The notes under the pieces were generated by a model that saw only the letters and a program-made list of their open reading frames with translations, ran no database searches and was not told where the DNA came from. Shown here piece by piece: positions 59,085 through 60,660 of a stretch of 60,660 nt of DNA. The stretch comes from a virus (taxonomy: Duplodnaviria > Caudoviricetes), in IMG/VR virus record IMGVR_UViG_3300025310_000006, positions 1 to 60,660 of that record; one strand, 5' to 3'. Made by a program: the position numbers and the translations under genes. Each line of letters opens with the position of its first letter. The stretch's first letter is position 1.

Positions 59085-59726
59085 TTACTCCGGTAGTATT
59101 CCTGGGACTGCTTTTACTGTCTGGTTAGCGATGTCTTCTGCCTGTTCTATATTTATAAGAAGAGCGTTTCTCATTCTTTTTGGGCTGTAAGAACGGTAGT
59201 ATTTTTTGAGGGCTGGGGCTACTGGACTATATAATCCGTTGTCGAAGTTTTCGTATCTAAAAGCAAACTTAGAGTTATATGGAATCTCAGCGTTGCTCTT
59301 CTTTCTCAATATCTCATTACCCCTGTCATCAAACTGAGAGTTGTAATAATACTTCTTGAGAGCGTATATGACTTTTGTTGTTACTATACTAAGTTTAGCC
59401 AATCGGAATCTTCTGAAGTCAACACCAACAATGTTTCCAGTTTGTAAGTCGAATCCAGCAAACACCACCATGGGGTTGAGAACCATCTTCTCGTCGGCTG
59501 GTATGGTATTACCTTCAGACATATCGGGAATATCTCTACCGATATAATTGAATACCATGATGTCACCAAGTTCTATGTTATTACTTTTTATGTTTCTACC
59601 AACTTCGTCCTTGGTTTGCCCCTCCATGTTATTTGGCGGAACAATGCCACTGACTATAGATGCTACTCCACCGGGAATAGCAGCCTTGCGAATGAATGGA
59701 GCGATAACAATCTTTTTTACAGCCAT
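59085..59726 (-). CDS. DNA end-protector-like protein (T4 gp2-like)
   Basis: G.IMVFNY...PMVV.......GVDF...Y pattern; divergent from gp4. The ORF-track extension to 59867 overlaps gp4 and is unlikely. Confidence 0.5.
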   Translation of the reverse strand: MAVKKIVIAPFIRKAAIPGGVASIVSGIVPPNNMEGQTKDEVGRNIKSNNIELGDIMVFNYIGRDIPDMSEGNTIPADEKMVLNPMVVFAGFDLQTGNIVGVDFRRFRLAKLSIVTTKVIYALKKYYYNSQFDDRGNEILRKKSNAEIPYNSKFAFRYENFDNGLYSPVAPALKKYYRSYSPKRMRNALLINIEQAEDIANQTVKAVPGILPE

Positions 59727-59768
59727 GTTATTATTATATCTATTATAATATATATTTAGGAGAATTAT

Positions 59769-60374
59769 ATGGCTAAAAACAGGAAAAAGTGGTGGGGAGT
59801 ATTTAGTCCAAATGGGGAAGTTGTCAAGAAGATAGAGGAAACCGAAGAAAAAGCCCGTGAAATACACGATATGGTAAAAGCCAACGGGTTTTATGTCAAG
59901 GCGCTTCCAAAGGCTCCGAGTAAATTTCCAGGGCTGAAGACATACACCCCGAAGAATAAGAAAAAGTATATGGGTAAAGAATTACCTATAGCTCGTTCAT
60001 CGTGGGAATATGAGTTTATGAAGTATCTGGATAAAAATGAAAATGTCATTCAGTGGGCTTCAGAGCAGCCTGAGATTCCTTACCAGCATCCTGTAAGAAC
60101 TATGCAGGAGGGTAGGAGTATTGTATGGAATTACCATCCTGACTTCTTTGTGAAGTTTCAGGTAGGTGATAAAGAATGGGTTGAGCTTATTGAGATAAAG
60201 CCATTCAAACAAACACAACAACCATTACCGCCCGGTAATGGAAGGACTCAGAAGCTCTTTGAGAGTGAGATGGAAACTTATATGGTGAACAAGGAGAAAT
60301 GGAAAGCCGCTCAGGAGTATTGTAAACTGCGCGGCTGGAAGTTCCGTGTTATGACAGAGAAGGATTTATTTTAG
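59769..60374 (+). CDS. gp4: Head completion nuclease (T4 gp4-like)
   Basis: P.N.KKY.G, RSSWE..FM.YLD.N, WASE...IPY..P, Y.PDF, EIKP..QT, N..KW.AA..YC...GW.F.V.TE. Confidence 0.9.
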   Translation: MAKNRKKWWGVFSPNGEVVKKIEETEEKAREIHDMVKANGFYVKALPKAPSKFPGLKTYTPKNKKKYMGKELPIARSSWEYEFMKYLDKNENVIQWASEQPEIPYQHPVRTMQEGRSIVWNYHPDFFVKFQVGDKEWVELIEIKPFKQTQQPLPPGNGRTQKLFESEMETYMVNKEKWKAAQEYCKLRGWKFRVMTEKDLF

Positions 60375-60396
60375 TGTATTAATTATATTATGTCAC

Positions 60397-60446
60397 ATAG
60401 TATTCAATACATCTTCGTTATCTTGAAACTTCGTATTGAATACTAT
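60397..60446. repeat. 14-bp perfect inverted repeat containing GTATTGAATAC
   Basis: ATAGTATTCAATAC (60397-60410) and GTATTGAATACTAT (60433-60446). Confidence 0.7.
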
Positions 60447-60538
60447 CATCAAGAGATAATGGACTGAAACCATACCATAACTCTTCTTCTTTTTCAATCC
60501 GATATGTTAACTTCTGTTCCTCGTTACCTATATTTTAT

Positions 60539-60660
60539 CAACGTTCCACCAGAAAACCCATTGGCTTTAGCCGATGGGATGAATGGTGGGTAACTTGGTA
60601 CTTGACTTTCTAAAATAAGTGATATAATATATTTAGTTCTTTGAAAAAAGCAATATAGAC
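60539..60660 (+). mobile_element. Left end of a second copy of the IS200/IS605-type element; runs off the window end
   Basis: TTTAT then CAACGTTCCACC... with the same hairpin; matches 47172-47293 in reverse complement; contains TTGACT...TATAAT. Confidence 0.85.

Noticed and set aside
1408-59748. Numerous short plus-strand ORFs in the ORF track
   Set aside because: They are antisense to well-supported minus-strand genes and have no recognisable motifs.
60390-60538. Possible decayed HNH-type fragment on the minus strand (HIGLKKKKSYGMVSVHYLLMIVF)
   Set aside because: Too short and broken to call without a search.
1-60660. Stop-codon reassignment, tRNA/rRNA genes, group I introns
   Set aside because: Core genes are full length in the standard code and end in TAA, TAG or TGA. 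No cloverleaf or rRNA-like segment was seen. thyA and terminase are uninterrupted.

Overview
About 60.7 kb of a large T4-like (myovirus-type) phage genome, with nearly all genes on the minus strand. The right half (about 28.7-60.4 kb) is the virion morphogenesis module. It contains gp4, a gp2-like gene, portal gp20 with a 441-aa HNH-type intein, gp21, gp22, gp23, gp13/14/15, gp16/17, sheath gp18, tube gp19, gp54/26/51/tape measure/48/53/27-like genes and gp3. It is interspersed with AT-rich homing-endonuclease genes and preceded by T4-type late promoters (TATAAATA). The left half holds fibre/adhesin genes and auxiliary metabolic genes (thyA, guaC, a purine PRTase, rmlA, a GT2-methyltransferase). 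It also holds a tightly coupled accessory operon (about 18.4-27.1 kb): a protein with 154 consecutive serines, a glycosyltransferase-like protein, a minimal GluRS-like HIGH/KISKS enzyme, PspA-like coiled-coil membrane proteins, DUF445 and a CBM9-like protein. Two TnpB-family mobile systems are present. The first is an IS607-type element, seen as a tnpB 3' end, a deleted mini-copy, and two palindromic scars made of back-to-back right ends at gene-deletion junctions. The second is a non-autonomous IS200/IS605-type element in two copies, each preceded by TTTAT. No tRNA, rRNA or CRISPR array was seen. All protein calls are by motif recognition only; no database search was run.
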